Positions 25,598 to 39,170 of a DNA stretch of 64,000 bases are shown one piece after another. The notes under the pieces are model-generated. The model searched no databases. It saw nothing but the letters and a program-made list of their open reading frames with translations, and was not told where the DNA came from. The stretch comes from Cetorhinus maximus (taxonomy: Eukaryota), in NCBI RefSeq assembly GCF_964194155.1, contig NC_135888.1, forward strand, positions 15,004,001 to 15,068,000. Reading direction: 5' to 3'. The position numbers and the translations under genes are program-made. Position 1 is the first letter of the stretch. Every line of letters starts with the position of its first letter.

Positions 25598-27169
25598 ATG
25601 TTGAAAAATCCTGTCTTTGTGGAGTCTTGCATTGTTTTCATCATCGTATTGTCTGTCCACGCTGTGATCTGGAACACCTTTTCCTGGTGCACACTTGCTT
25701 TGGCGATTCAGGCTTTTTATGTTCAGCACAAGTGGGACCGGCTACTGAAGTCTGGAAATGCAGTTTTTCAATATAGAACGGCCTTTAGTAGTGGCCTGCT
25801 GCCGGCCAGCGTGGTTTTGCCTCTGCTAGGAACCGTGTTAAAGGAGCAGTGGGAAACGGTCGGAAATGTACAGTTTGAACGATTCTGCATTGTGTGTTCG
25901 GCTGCGGGAATGGCCATTGCTCTGTTCATCTCATTGCTGGGTTTGGGCCTCACAAAGCCACTGCCCACCAATACCAGCGTTGTGTACGGTTTTGCAACCA
26001 GCGCCATAATATATGGTCTTAAGCACACTCTTTCTGTTTCCGAGGTCATAGAAATCCTGGAGGTGTTATTGATTTTTGTCTATCTTTCTCTCATTGTCCT
26101 TTATATTATGCCACGGAGCTTCACCCCAGGAGAAGTTATGTTGTTCTTGTCAGGTTTGAGCATAGTCACCAACCAGCTGATTAAACGTTCTTTGACTTTC
26201 GGAGATGGTGGATATGATCCACTTGCATCATTCCTCTTGGTGACTGTGGTTGGGACGGCCCTTCTGGGATTGGTTTTCACTATTTTGTACTGCTTCATGG
26301 ACTCTAAGACCTGGGCTTCATCGCTGATTTTCCATGTGACGGCAGTCATTTTTGGATTGGGAATCATGGTGCCCTGGTTCTACCGACTGACCAGGAACCA
26401 TCTTTTTGCTTGGCTTCTCAACTTCCTCACATCCACCAGAACCAGGATCTACCTACTGAGCTACTGGATCACACTGGCATTTCTTGCTTCACTCATTGTC
26501 TTTCATCAGAACAGTAAGCAATCATCTGAATCGAAAGAGTACAAAGCTTCCACAGCTATGCGGAAAAGCTTCCATATCATTATAGTAGCAACCTACGTCC
26601 CAGGCCTCATCTATGATCGTCCGTTACTCTATATTGCTGCTGTGGTTTGCTTTGCTGCGTTTGTGGTGTTGGAATATATAAGGCATTTTAAGATTAAACC
26701 ACTTGGAATGATATTGAGACCAATGCTGGCCCTGTTTCTTGATGACCGTGATAGTGGTCCTTTGATCCTGACGCACATTTACCTGCTGCTAGGACTGACC
26801 CTGCCTGTATGGCTGTTCCCCGGAGTGTTTGCCCCAAAAAGCTCTTTTCCGGGGGAGGTAGCACTAGCTCCCTATGCTGGAGTCCTGGCCGTGGGGATTG
26901 GCGACGCCATGGCCTCTGCTATTGGAAGCACAATGGGAGAAGTTAGGTGGCCTGGAACGAAAAAGACCTTTGAAGGAACAGCAACCTCTGTCTTTGCCCA
27001 GATCATTGCTGTTGCTTTGATTCTCATCTTTGATAAAACAGTGAGCCTAAATGGCAGCTACACCTGGATTATGGGATCTATTGTTCTAGTCTCCCTGCTA
27101 GAAGCTTACACTGATCAAATAGACAATCTTCTATTGCCTTTGTATCTTTTCCTTATGCTGATGGTTTGA
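25598..27169 (+). CDS. DOLK: Dolichol kinase, 523 aa, single coding exon
   Basis: Multi-TM ORF; [50 protein letters not shown] motifs; synteny with NUP188 and PHYHD1. Confidence 0.98.
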   Translation: MLKNPVFVESCIVFIIVLSVHAVIWNTFSWCTLALAIQAFYVQHKWDRLLKSGNAVFQYRTAFSSGLLPASVVLPLLGTVLKEQWETVGNVQFERFCIVCSAAGMAIALFISLLGLGLTKPLPTNTSVVYGFATSAIIYGLKHTLSVSEVIEILEVLLIFVYLSLIVLYIMPRSFTPGEVMLFLSGLSIVTNQLIKRSLTFGDGGYDPLASFLLVTVVGTALLGLVFTILYCFMDSKTWASSLIFHVTAVIFGLGIMVPWFYRLTRNHLFAWLLNFLTSTRTRIYLLSYWITLAFLASLIVFHQNSKQSSESKEYKASTAMRKSFHIIIVATYVPGLIYDRPLLYIAAVVCFAAFVVLEYIRHFKIKPLGMILRPMLALFLDDRDSGPLILTHIYLLLGLTLPVWLFPGVFAPKSSFPGEVALAPYAGVLAVGIGDAMASAIGSTMGEVRWPGTKKTFEGTATSVFAQIIAVALILIFDKTVSLNGSYTWIMGSIVLVSLLEAYTDQIDNLLLPLYLFLMLMV

Positions 27170-27849
27170 ATGGGATAATTGGATATACGCTTATATCGTG
27201 GTGAATGTTCTGTTTTTTTCAGGTACAAGGGCACTATCCCTTTAACTGAAGTACAAAAACATACCAATGCCACCAGAAGAAGGAAATCATAATATTCAGA
27301 GGTGACTCAAAGCAAGTTAATATCTAACTGATAAATTATTAATTTAAGGCAGTGGTAACCTCATACAAAAGAATGTGTTACGGCTTCCCCAATACTAAAT
27401 TCATTCCGCGAGGTGAAATTAGGCCGTACACACAAGGAAGGTCCCCTAGTTTATTCCCTGGTCTATACTGAATTAACTTATCTCCCCTTGGCTGAGGGAG
27501 GTCAATTAAAATAAATCAGCCAGGGTTTCCACTCCTCAAAATTTATAAAGAAAGGAAGATGTTAATGTTTCAGGCGTACCCCTTCATTAGAACAGAGGAA
27601 TGAAGAACTGTGTCTGAAACATCAGAATGGTAAATGGCCACTGCTGGTGCCTTTCACATGTACCTCAACACAAGTCATCGGTTTGAAGAGGGAAAAGTTG
27701 TTGAGTGGTACTTATCAGTTTGTAAAAATGAAACAAAAATAATGAACTCCCACCATTGATGCAATCATATTAATCTTTTTACTTCTGATGCTTGATTGGC
27801 CATGACCGCTATTTTTTTCTTCACCCAATCAGAAGCCAAATTTTGCAAT

Positions 27850-28112
27850 AAATAAACTACTGCAGGTGCTGGAAATCTGAGACAAAAACCGAAATTGCTG
27901 GAAACACTCAGCAAGTCAGACAACAACTGTAATGAAAGGCAAAATGGTTAATATTTAAGGATTAATCTTATAAGTGCTCTGATAAAGGGTAATTAATGGC
28001 TGAAGGGTTAACCTTTACCTTGCTTTATAAATATTGCCTGACTTGCTGAGTTCTTCCAGCATTTTCTGTTTTTAATTCAGATTTCCCGCATCCGCAGTAT
28101 TTTGCTTTTGTC
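27850..28112. mobile_element. Inverted pair of Penelope-derived 3'-end fragments downstream of DOLK
   Basis: TGCTGGAAATCTGA...GCTGGAAACACTCAGCAAGTCAG and its reverse complement; related relics at 27560-27620, 51010-51125 and 62455-62590. Confidence 0.7.
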
Positions 28113-28844
28113 GCTATCCAATGACTCCTTTTGTTGAACAGTTCTCATGTGGCTATTAGATAAGAACAGTTTTGGGCTCAATATTAAATGCTCTTTCACT
28201 AACCCCACCCTGCATAATCAAACAGAGAAGATCGGAGAATAGAAATGATAAGATTTTGTTTTTTAAAAAGAGCAAGTATTGACTGAAGAAAAATATTTTA
28301 ATTGTACTCTCAATCAGATGATCTACTGATGGTGGAGTGTCATGGATTTCCATTGCTGGCAGTCAGGTGCAGAACCCAGACCTCAAAACATTTGCAAACC
28401 TAATCATGCACTAAAGATTTTACTGAATGTAAAATCATGGCTGAATCCTATATGCTATACATATTGGAAAATGCAGCGAACATTAGTCCTTAATGATTCC
28501 AAGTCAGCCAGGAATGGTACTATAGAGTAATTTGCAATAATGCAGAACCACATTCACAAAGCGTATATAGTATTAGGTATTCTGTTAAACTGCAAGTTTT
28601 TCTGTTCAAATTCTGTTAAACATAAGCAAGTTTTAATCTATCACTGGGGAAAGAAGCACTGCACAGACAGAAGGAGCTTCTTCAGAGTAAGTGAAGGGAA
28701 GATTAGGCAGGGTAAAAGAATTGGTGAGCCACTCAATCCAAGTCACTCTGTCCATCTTACAGGAACTGCTCCAGAAAATAATCAAGACATGGAAATCAGT
28801 TGCCAGTCATTCAGCAGTGACTTGTGTCTTGTCCTAAATCATAC

Positions 28845-29175
28845 ATAAGAACAAAAGAAATAGGAGCGGGAATAGACCACGTAGCTCCTTGACCCTGTTC
28901 CATCATTTAAATAAGATCATGGTTAATCATCTGCCTCGTTGCCATTTTCCTGCATGCTCCCCATATCCCACGATTTCCTAAGAGACCAAAATTCTGTCTA
29001 TCTCAGCCTTAAATATATTCAATAATGGAGCATCCACAACCCTCACCCTCTGAGTGAAGAAATTTCTCCTCATCTCAGTTCTAAATGATTGGCACCATAA
29101 CCAGAGACTGTGCCCCCGTGTTCTAAATTCCCCAGGTGGGGAAACAACCTCCGTGTCTACCCTGTCAAGCCCCAA
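28845..29175 (-). mobile_element. CR1 LINE 3' fragment
   Basis: GLDRVD...TRGHSL...RRNFFTQRV on minus. Confidence 0.85.
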
Positions 29176-32100
29176 TCCTAAAAGTTCTGGTTTTGGCTTG
29201 GTGTAAATTTTTATCTAATTATGTCCATATGAAGCCACCTTGCATACATTTCCGATGTTAAAGGCGCTTTTTAAATACAAGTTTTTGATGCCAGAAACAG
29301 AAAGAGTGGAGAAAGACAGATATCCTTACAAAGCAACCTCCCAGACATATACACACACAAGAAAAAGAGCTTACAAATGGTCTTTAGTTGCTAGAGAACA
29401 AAATCACAACTACATTGCATTCTGCACTAATTTATTTTTTTAACTTCTTGTTTTTCTCTTGCTGAGTGGGGCAGGTGTCACATTCCAAATTTCACCCCCA
29501 GGTAGATGTTAGTTTGTCTCATGTTTTCTGATTGGGTGATAGTTATCAGATCCACACCCACCTGAGAAAACTTAATCTCTTGGATGAAGAGGGGAAAAAA
29601 AAAATCACTACCTCATAATAATTGACTGGTGGACTCTTTAATAAACATTTTTTTGGGGTGCAATATTGCTGCTAAGGTAGAACATGAGTTTCATGACTAG
29701 GGCTGTGCTGATCAACTATCAGTTCAAACAGTTGCTATTCACCTTATCTTCAAAATAATGTATATTAAATAAGTTATATTAGAAAAGATTGACTTTGTCG
29801 GGCTTTAGGATCAGGTAGTGGAATAAGCTAGGCATCTGGGTGCTAGTTGCTATCTTGTGACGCCAGTTGGGGAACATGGGAGTACAGACATCACGGTAGG
29901 TTCAAGCTTGGCATGTGACATGTTTGTGGTAAAATAGGCTGACAACATTTACTGCCCAGGCTTATGAATGAAGAATGACCGCTGGGCCATACACTGGAAG
30001 GATGTCAGACATGAGGAGCAGCAAGAGCGATTGCCTGCAGAGAAGGCGGCAGGAGACCAAATGTGTTTACACTGAAGTTTCTCCCTAATGCTGGTGTTTC
30101 AGACTTGTATTTCATTCCAATCTAAACATAAGCACAAGTCATAGAATGCAACAAGAAGGATACTGTCTCTTGTCACTTCAGTTTGCTGGAGGACTGATTA
30201 ATTGAAGCACTGTTCCTTCCGTGTCATGTTGGGACACTTTAATAATACAAGTTAAATATTTCCCACAGTTAGATGATTTTTTGGTGATGTTTTGCACTGT
30301 AAAATGATTGTTGTCTTGAAGAAGTTTACTGAAATGAGATTTCTTGATTGTAAACTTTTTGATAAGGTGCATGTACAGCTGTTTATAATGGAATAGCATT
30401 AGGAAATGGAAGGTTCCGCAGGGCTACAAAACATTAAAAAAAGACATGTAAAATAAATCTATAATTAAGTATCACTAGCTGTGATTACCCAATATGTGCT
30501 TTGTTAACCCCTAAGCTGATGTGTATAAGACAACTTCATGTAGTTTGCTTGGCACCCTACAGTTAGCCTAGAAGTTTTTAACAATGTTGCACTGATGTCG
30601 GGATTAGTTTTCACGTGGCTATTGTCTCCAGTTATTAGTTTTAGTGATCCGTGAGTATTTGTTTCTATAGCCTCTTATCCCTTCTGGCCTATTCCAGTAT
30701 CATCTCTGCTTCCTCCTACGCTGCCTCCTACACCCTCTCTTCTCTGTACCCTCTTCCCCATCCCCCCTACCTTCAGTCATGACCAAAGAATCCCTTTGTA
30801 TGTCCCCCGACTTCATGCCACATTTATCTGTCTGAACATTCACAGCCAGTAGTACCCATACATCATCATCTGATCACCGCCATTATTATCCACAGAGAAA
30901 ACAAGGTGTCTGGAACCATCCCTCTGGAACCATTGAAGTGAGAAGGGGAGAAGTGGCAAAAGATGAAAGGAAGCAGAGATGAAACAGGAAAAATTCAAAG
31001 GCAGCCATGTATTTATAATCCCCACGCATACCGACATCTAAATATCCCAGTGTAAGGAATTCATAATTTTAGCACTTTCGTTCAGTTCAAATTCCCACTT
31101 TGGGGCCACACGAGTAAAGCGGCTAATCAGGTCCCCTGAAATCTCATCACGTCTATTACCATGCTAGCCTACTGGACATTACTCCACAGATGCAACACAT
31201 TCTGTGTCTTAGATATATTTATGGTACAGATTGTAGTGCAATTAATATACAGCCTCTTTCTTCCCCCACCCCACCTTCAAATGTGCTCAGGTTCAAATGG
31301 CCATCTCTGGTTTACAATGAGATAAATGATCATATAATGGGGATGAAATCTGTTCTAACCCGATTTTGACCTTCAAATTCATGGAAGTCTGGCATTTGCA
31401 CCTCGATTGTATTTAATGGTATGCAGGTGGATGGCGTAATTGGGGTTTCACTTGAGAGGATGTAAAGAGACAATCACCAAAACTGGAGTGTAGTTGAGTT
31501 CGGAGGTGTATGATTGTAATGTTCATTCTGCAAATAAATGTTAGACTGAGTAAAAATTGGCTCAAGTAACATTTTATGAATATAACAGAGTGTGCCGAAG
31601 AAATCAGAAACCCATGTAACATTGGACCTTTGTTCCGTGTATTGATTACCTTCTATATTATGCTTACATTGATCTGTATTGTAATGAAGTGTAGAAAGTT
31701 TGCACTGTATTCACTGAAAGTGTAAAATGTCACACAATAAATTGGAACTTATTGATCATCCAAGTGGATTTGATGATTTTCTTTCTTTCCTTCCTTTTCA
31801 TAATACTAGCTCTCTTTCTTCACAATTTCTGCTCCAAGGGAACCAAACATGGTGTAAACAAGGCTACAAAAGGCGTAAACAAGTTTCCCAAGACTTGGTT
31901 GACTCTAATTAATATTTGGGTATCTGAGCCAAGATCCTCAGGCATCTTCGCAAGATGCACAACTTACTTCAGTTTCTGTCAAGTTTATTACAGCATACTG
32001 AAATAATTAACTTCAATAAGCTTTCTTATTAAAAATTGCATATCACGTATTTCCAACAGAACAGATTTGTTTTTATGAACTGAAATTCTTAAAATAGGAG

Positions 32101-32238
32101 GAATAAAGCAAAGCATAGGACAGGTGAATTGCAGCTTTATATACTTGTGTATAAATGGTAAAATGTGAGGCCAATCCAAATCACAGTCAGAATGACAGAG
32201 TGGCAGATGAGCAGAAAGACAGTAGCAGAGGGATACAA

Positions 32239-32244
32239 TTTATT
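32239..32244 (-). terminator. Candidate PHYHD1 polyadenylation signal
   Basis: AATAAA on minus about 225 nt after the stop. Confidence 0.55.
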
Positions 32245-32468
32245 TTACTTAAGTATGTGAGCATTGTAACAGAAGAATAGGCAGTTCATCATGGTGAAAT
32301 TTACTTTGTAAATACACTCCCCACACCATAGGTATGTGAAGTTGTCCTTGTCCCAAAATGAATCTAATTAAAAGTATTATACTTTCCAGCTAACAGCACA
32401 ATACGACATTACACGTCGGTACATAATGTATTCTTGCATTCCATTGACACTGGGCAAAAAGGTGAAAT

Positions 32469-32514
32469 TTAAGTGTACAGAGGTGGGAATGGTAGTTCTG
32501 GAGTTGGCTGCAAC
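32469..32514 (-). CDS. PHYHD1: PHYHD1 last coding exon (LQPTPELPFPPLYT-stop)
   Basis: tccag acceptor; TAA at 32471-32469; the 11 exons total 870 nt = 289 aa plus stop. Confidence 0.95.
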
Positions 32515-32599
32515 CTGGAATTGAAAAAAAGAAAAAGTATATTCAGCACATGCATCGAAACAATGATCCAAACTTTATTCAGCCATACACTCTCTCAAA

Positions 32600-33100
32600 T
32601 TATAGAATCATAGAATGATACAGTACAGAAGGAGCCCACTCAGCTCATCATGCCTGTGTTAGCTCATTGGGTTATCCAATTATTCCCACTCCCATGTTCT
32701 TTCCCCGTTGCCCTATAAAATGCTTCCCTTTCAAGTATTTATCCAATTCTCATTTCAAAGTTCCAATTCAATCTGTTTCCACCTCCTTTTCAGGCAATAC
32801 ATTCCAAGTCACAACAACTCAAGTAAAAAAAATTGTTTCCTCTTGTTGCCTCTGGTTCTTCTGCATCAACAAAACTGTGCAGCCCAGAACTGAATGCAGC
32901 TGAGGCCTAACCAGTGTTCTATATAGAGGCTTAGCATAACTTCCTTGCATCTATTAATGAAGCCAAGGACCTGTTTTTATTTTAAACAGCTTGTCCTTCA
33001 AAGATTTGTGTAGATACATTCCCAGGTTTCTCTGTTTCTGTACCTCTTTTAAAATTGTACCATTTAGTTTGTGTTGCCTCCCCTCATTCTTCCCATCAAC
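32600..33100 (-). mobile_element. Degenerate CR1 fragment
   Basis: ATAGAATCATAGAAT tail and decayed RT C-terminus on minus. Confidence 0.7.
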
Positions 33101-33141
33101 TCTACAGCGTTAAGAGAAAAGTCCGAATGATGAAAGACCGT

Positions 33142-33569
33142 GGGCAGGATTTTCCGGTTGGCGAGCGGGGGCGGGGCCCACTCGCCAATATGTAAAATGA
33201 CGCAGGATGACATGACGTCGGGTGGAACTCCCGATGTTACCCCCGTGTCATTTCCATTTTCAGGTCGGTGGGGGCGCAGCCGAGTCAGCTGCGTGCCCGC
33301 CGACCTGTCGATGGCCTATTGAGGCCATTGAAAAACTAATTAAAGTCATTAATGGACCTGCCCGTCCAACCTTAAGATTGGCGGGCAGGCCGGGAGCCCT
33401 GGTGGGCTTTGGAAAAAGCATGAAACCTCGTCCACAGGCAGGATGGGGTTTCATGTGGGTATTTAGATTTTTATTAAAGGTTTCAATAAAAGTTATGGAC
33501 ATGTCCCAACTCATGTGACAGCGTGACAACTCACTCTTTCCCACCCCCAACGGGGGGAAAATTTTTCCC
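33142..33569 (+). mobile_element. Harbinger-type MITE
   Basis: GGGCAGGATTTTCC ... GGAAAATTTTTCCC ends similar to the large Harbinger TIR; 3-bp flanks CGT/CAT (CpG-decayed TSD). Confidence 0.75.
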
Positions 33570-33673
33570 CATTTGTCCCACAATGTTCAGCCTCTAGGAT
33601 ACTACAATCCCTTCTTTAGCTTCTAACATAATTTGAATATACCCAATGCTTTTGCCTCTACCTTGTCTCGTGG

Positions 33674-33810
33674 CAATTATTTTACTTAAATCTTTGAGCA
33701 TTGCCACAGAAGAATAGCCAGTTCATGGTGAAATTTACTTTGTAAACACACTCCCAACACCATAGGTATGTGAAGCTGTTCCTGTCCCAAAATGAATCCA
33801 ATTAAAAACA
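33674..33810. repeat. Direct copy of PHYHD1 3' UTR segment 32236-32375 inside the last intron
   Basis: Shared ATGGTGAAATTTACTTTGTAAA, CACCATAGGTATGTGAAG, TGTCCCAAAATGAATC. Confidence 0.92.
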
Positions 33811-34230
33811 TTGGACATTTTATCACTTCGTTTTGCACTGTTTTCCCCTCAGTTTTGTACATTTCTCACAAAATGTATACTTGCTTTAAATATACTTCTT
33901 CATTCATTTTAATTTATATTCTCTAATTTGACATTCCTGGTTGAATTTGAAGTGATATTCAGGGACTTCCGAAATTGCGGGTGGGACCAGAAATTCTCAC
34001 CCAAAGTCAACGGACCTTTTGCTGGTCCATCAAATTTTCCATCTCACCTTCGACGATTCCCACAGCGGGTGGGACCAGAAAATCCCATAGTCACATATGA
34101 ACACTTAGCAATTTAACTTGAAATTTCTCCCTCAAGCTATTGTAACAGGTCATCAATTTATTTTAAAAACCCAGCATTTATAAAGTTCTTGTGGAACTTC
34201 AAAATTTAATAACTTCCCAGGATGAAAAAA

Positions 34231-34460
34231 CAGTAAAAACTGGGAAATAAGAATACTGGTCCAAACTGATCTTGTATACCTTAAAATGAAACACCAGTAA
34301 AAACTGGGAAATAAGAATACTGGTCCAAACTGATCTTGTATAGCTTAAAATGGAACACCAGTAAAAACTGGGAAATAAGAATACTGGTCCAAATTGGTCT
34401 TGTATACCTTAAAATGGAACACCAGTAAGAACTGGGAAATAAGAACACTGGTCCAAACTG
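34231..34460. repeat. Minisatellite, 64-bp unit, about 3.6 copies
   Basis: CAGTAAAAACTGGGAAATAAGAATACTGGTCCAAACTG... starts at 34231, 34295, 34359, 34423. Confidence 0.95.
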
Positions 34461-35338
34461 TTTTCTCCCTCTGGGTTTGCATGTACATGTGATCGATGCA
34501 AACTGTAAACAGGACATGAAAGCATAATTCATAGTTTTAACACAATACAGTTCAAGTTTCTAGGCTTCAACATAACCAGCATCTTTTATGATAGATTGTT
34601 CAATCTTATTTCCTAAATCATTGAAAATATTCTCTATTTGCTGCTGAACATTAACATTAACACAACATTAATAACGTTAAAATAAACTTTGAATTATTCT
34701 TTCATATGCCATTTAGTTTGCTTCATGTGTACATCCTAGGTGTTTAAAGTTGCGCAATGACTTTAGAAACACCTTGTGAATAATGCCTCCATTAAAACAG
34801 CACAGTGGGGAGTTAGATGGACATGTTAAGTATTTGAACCTTAGTATCCCAGAACATAATTGTAAGGCCTGACTTTATACCGCCTAATATTTTAATTGGA
34901 TATGCTGTATTGAAATTAGCCAGCCTCAATTTAGACAAGAGATCAGAATTTTTAACCTCTCCAAGAAAAAGGCCAATCAATGTCTGGCATTGAAAGAAAG
35001 TGATGGGGAGGTGAAGTCAGGGATGCACTTTAAAATTCACCAAGAGTTTTTCAATCTCAGCCAGGGCAGTAGATGGCGCACTGCACAGCAACACCGTCCC
35101 CTCCAGGTGATCAAAAATCATCTTGACCATTAGATGTTTCATCAGCTGCCAACAGACTGACACAGAGGTTGACAGTTTAGACAATACCATCACTTGTAGT
35201 CAAAAGAAGAAATACTGCTGCTGGAAACAGCAGAGGGTTACATTAAGAGCAATAAAACCAAACCAACACTGAAGATGTTGTAAATGCAACTCTCTCATGC
35301 ACGCATACAGGCATTGAGGTACTAACTGAAATCCTCAC

Positions 35339-35465
35339 CAGTTCTCCTCACTCCAGCGACTATCCTGGGATTCCATCAGGTGGAAAGTGTAGACATGCCG
35401 TGATTTATCAGATGTGTTTGAAGCACTTTTGTGCACAACCTGTCCATGAATGAGGACAAGCCCAC
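35339..35465 (-). CDS. PHYHD1: PHYHD1 exon 10 ([43 protein letters not shown])
   Basis: tgcag|...|gtgagg, 127 nt; distal His (VHKS) and 2-oxoglutarate-binding Arg. Confidence 0.96.
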
Positions 35466-37068
35466 CTGCATAAAGCAAATCATCCAGCAAAAGGCAGGAG
35501 TCTTAGTTACACTTAGACAGTATCTTATTCGAATAAACATTCAGGTTAAGAACAATTTATGTTTATTCATTTCTGTATTTATATGGCAGCATTGTTAAAA
35601 TTAAATAAAAATAGTCCCACTGCCTCCAGTAGCACTGATACCCAAAAGGGTCCCCCCCTCCCCCCCCCCCATGCCCCGGGCACTGCCAGTATAGGACAGC
35701 ACATGCTCCAGGCCAGAAAACCAGGCTTTTGTGTACCTTCCCAACATCAGGGCAGGTCAGCAAGCAGCCTGCAACTTAAAGTCACAAATGTTGTTTGGGA
35801 ACCATCCCTCCGCTGTAATTGAGAGAAGCTTGAAGCACCGGCAATGCTCACACATTGCGGGAACCGCCAGGTAATTTTAGTACCGTGTCTCCTGCCAGCG
35901 CAAGATGGCTGCCAATACCCATCTGCGCTCGCGCATTGATCTACACAAGTGCAGAAATGCAATTATGTCACTCCGCTGCGTCCTGATATGTTCCTAGGAC
36001 ATTATTTCCTATTATCTATCCCGTTATCCCATTATCTATCACATTCATCACTTTAAACTGTAAGTGTACTAGATTGCTTTCTATGTACAGTTCTACGATT
36101 CAACGTGCAGCACCAGTTAAAACTATAGCTTTTTTTTGTTGCTTCACACAAATTGTAAATCTCTGGCTAACATAATTCAACATCCGCACAAACATTTATT
36201 CTTTCTAAAATTAATCTTTTTCAAAGTCATTTTTTTACTGTCTCCAAGGAAAAGATGGCAGCCAATATAGGGCTCCATTGTTTCTTCCCCTTTTAGAGAA
36301 TTTTCTTCCACTGTTACAAAACTACTTCTAAGCCTGTACAGGTTAGGCCGCTGCCTACTCTGTTTCTCGAAATGACGTAACAGAGTAAAACAAGAACTAT
36401 GCAGGGATGGAAACAAATGCAGTCTAATTTTAACAAGTAATCATTCACCAAATGATAAAATACTCAGCTGGCCTGCCTGCTTTGAGGACTACTCCAAAAC
36501 TACTTTTAAAACAAACTCTCAGGCATTGTCCTGGGCTCAGGTGCCAATTCATGTATTGCTTCCTTCCTGGTTGGCCTAGTCTTGCTACCTCCCCTCTGTT
36601 TTCCTCCCTCCCCTCCCTACAGTTGCACACCCACAGTACAGGGAATCAGGCTAGTAGACCATGTCATACTATAGGATGGAGCGTCACATTACTGCTTGGT
36701 TAAAGTCAAATCTATTTCTATTGCACAATAATTTCTAAACAGTGAAGAACATATTCTACAATTCCTTTTGTTTTTCTGTGAAAACCAAAAACCAGTGACC
36801 TTGACCGTAAACCAAATAATCTGAAGAGTAACAGAAGCAGAGTTCAGTGTAGGAATATAATCTCATGGTTCTGCGGATGATCACAAGTATTTTTGACATC
36901 GTCAGAGGCACCAGCTGTATTACTCGTAATGTCCCCTGATATTCCATAGCTACAGTTTCCATCAGTAACTTTGACCTGCACACCCACAATATATGGAGCT
37001 ACTTTACAATACAAAGCATTGCAGTCGATCTCCATTACCATCCCAGTCTAATACAAATTGGCATCTAC

Positions 37069-37185
37069 CTTTTTTAACCGGAACAGGGATGAATTCGTCA
37101 TCTAGATAACCATGTTCCTTCCCGATAAATTTGATCAGAGGATACTCTCCTTTTGCGGCACGCAACATCCTCCGTGTAATACCAG
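37069..37185 (-). CDS. PHYHD1: PHYHD1 exon 9 (AGITRRMLRAAKGEYPLIKFIGKEHGYLDDEFIPVPVKK)
   Basis: gacag|...|gtagat, 117 nt. Confidence 0.93.
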
Positions 37186-37961
37186 CTGTCAGTCAGAAAA
37201 ACAAAGTGCTATATAACGGGCATAAACAGACTTTATAGTGCCTTAGATTTTCAATCACTAATTACACACATTTTTGCATGCAAATTTTCCAGTTTTGTGG
37301 GGTTTTTTTCCCTCTGCTTCCTTTATGCCTACGCAACACACTTTCCTCAGCTGAGGAAGCGTGCCTAATCTCAGGGCTGTGGGGAGAAGAACCAGAGAAT
37401 GGCTTGAGGTGTCTGCCTTCCCGTCTTGCCACTCTGCCATAGAATGACTTCCATCCAGTACAAAGTAGCATGCTTGATCATCACCCCATACCTTAAACAT
37501 TCATCCCCTCCACCCAGTGGAGCACAGTGGCAGCAGTATGTACCATCTACAAGGTGCAATGCAGCAACTCAACAAAGCTCCTTCAACAGCACCTTCCAAA
37601 CCCACAACGTCCACCACCGAGGAGAACAAAGGCAGCAGACACATGGGAACACAACTGCCTGCAAGTTCCCCTCCATGTCATACACCATCCTGACTTGGAA
37701 CTATATCACCGTTCCTTCACTGGTGCTGAGTCAAAATCCTGGAACTCTCTTCCTAACGGTACTGTGGGTGTACCTACACCGCATGGGCTGCAGCGGTTCA
37801 AGAAGGCGGCTCACCGCCACCTTCTCTAGAGTGATTAGGGATGGGGAGCAAATGCTAGCCTTCTCAGAGACACCCAAATCCCAGGAATGAATGGAAAAAC
37901 CATCACTTTGCAACAGCAGCACAGCTGAGATTTGTGATTTCATAATTAATAGACAATCTCA

Positions 37962-38213
<252 letters not shown>

Positions 38214-38581
38214 TTATTGGAGATTATTCAGGGATGAATCTGCTACTGGACCAAGAGCAGGTAATCAACGTACATCCGCAAGAAGCTGTTGAGGCTAGGT
38301 CAATCGACCAGGAGAAGACAGGAAATACACATACCCTACCATTTCCTCTGAGCGCTGGCAGAGCCACCACTCACTACGTCACCAAGACTACTTCACAACC
38401 CTCCCACTGTTTAAAACAAAAGTGACAGAGGAATAAAAATAACCAAGCTAATAGTGAGATCATTGTTGAAAAAAGACTATGTTTACAAAAGAATCAGTCA
38501 CAGTTCTTGCGATGAACGACACTGGGGATATTATTCCTTTTACCATCACCCAGTCACAAGAGCAAATGGAAGGACAACCAG

Positions 38582-39170
38582 GTGGAATTGGATGAATTGC
38601 TCTGAGAGAGCCGGCACAGGCACAATGGGCCAAATTGCCTCCTGCCGTGCTGCAACCATTCTATGATTCTATGAACGTAAATCAGGGGGAGGAAACAGTC
38701 CCTCCTGGTTTGTACAGCTCAAGTGCTCACTACGTAAACTTACTGAATTATCAGCAGAACCACCAAGGGAACTTCCAGGCAAAATATTCTATTCTCAGGC
38801 TGCCCCTAACTTGCAGCTCCAAACCATAAAGCACTGACAAATCAAAACACACATTCGTCTTTTGCTATTTTTAAGGAAAGCATGATAATATTGCATACCT
38901 ATTAATTTATAAACGACACTGAAACCAAAACATATTACATAGTACCGTGGAAACAATAAATTGAAAGGTGCATCTATATTAAATGTTTTGCTTCAGGATT
39001 TATCTGGTCTTCAATAAGAACATAAGAAATAGGAGCAGAAATAGGCCATTTGGTCCCATGAGTATGCTCTGCCATTCAAAAAAAGTCATGGCTGATCCGA
39101 TTGTGGCTTTAATTCTTATTTCCTGCCTACCCCCATAACCTTTGACTCTCTTGTAGATCAAAAATCTGTT
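38582..39170. repeat. About 590-bp local direct duplication of 42108-42686
   Basis: Collinear CR1 tail, unique spacer and second CR1 tail; includes a 51-nt identical block. Confidence 0.9.

Noticed and set aside
25471-26367. Antisense ORFs overlapping DOLK
   Set aside because: Short shadow ORFs with no recognisable motifs
34231-34460. CRISPR-like array
   Set aside because: Units are tandem with no unique spacers and the context is a vertebrate intron
38878-39000. snoRNA in the conserved core of the intronic duplication
   Set aside because: No convincing C/D (RTGATGA/CTGA) or H/ACA arrangement on the transcribed strand
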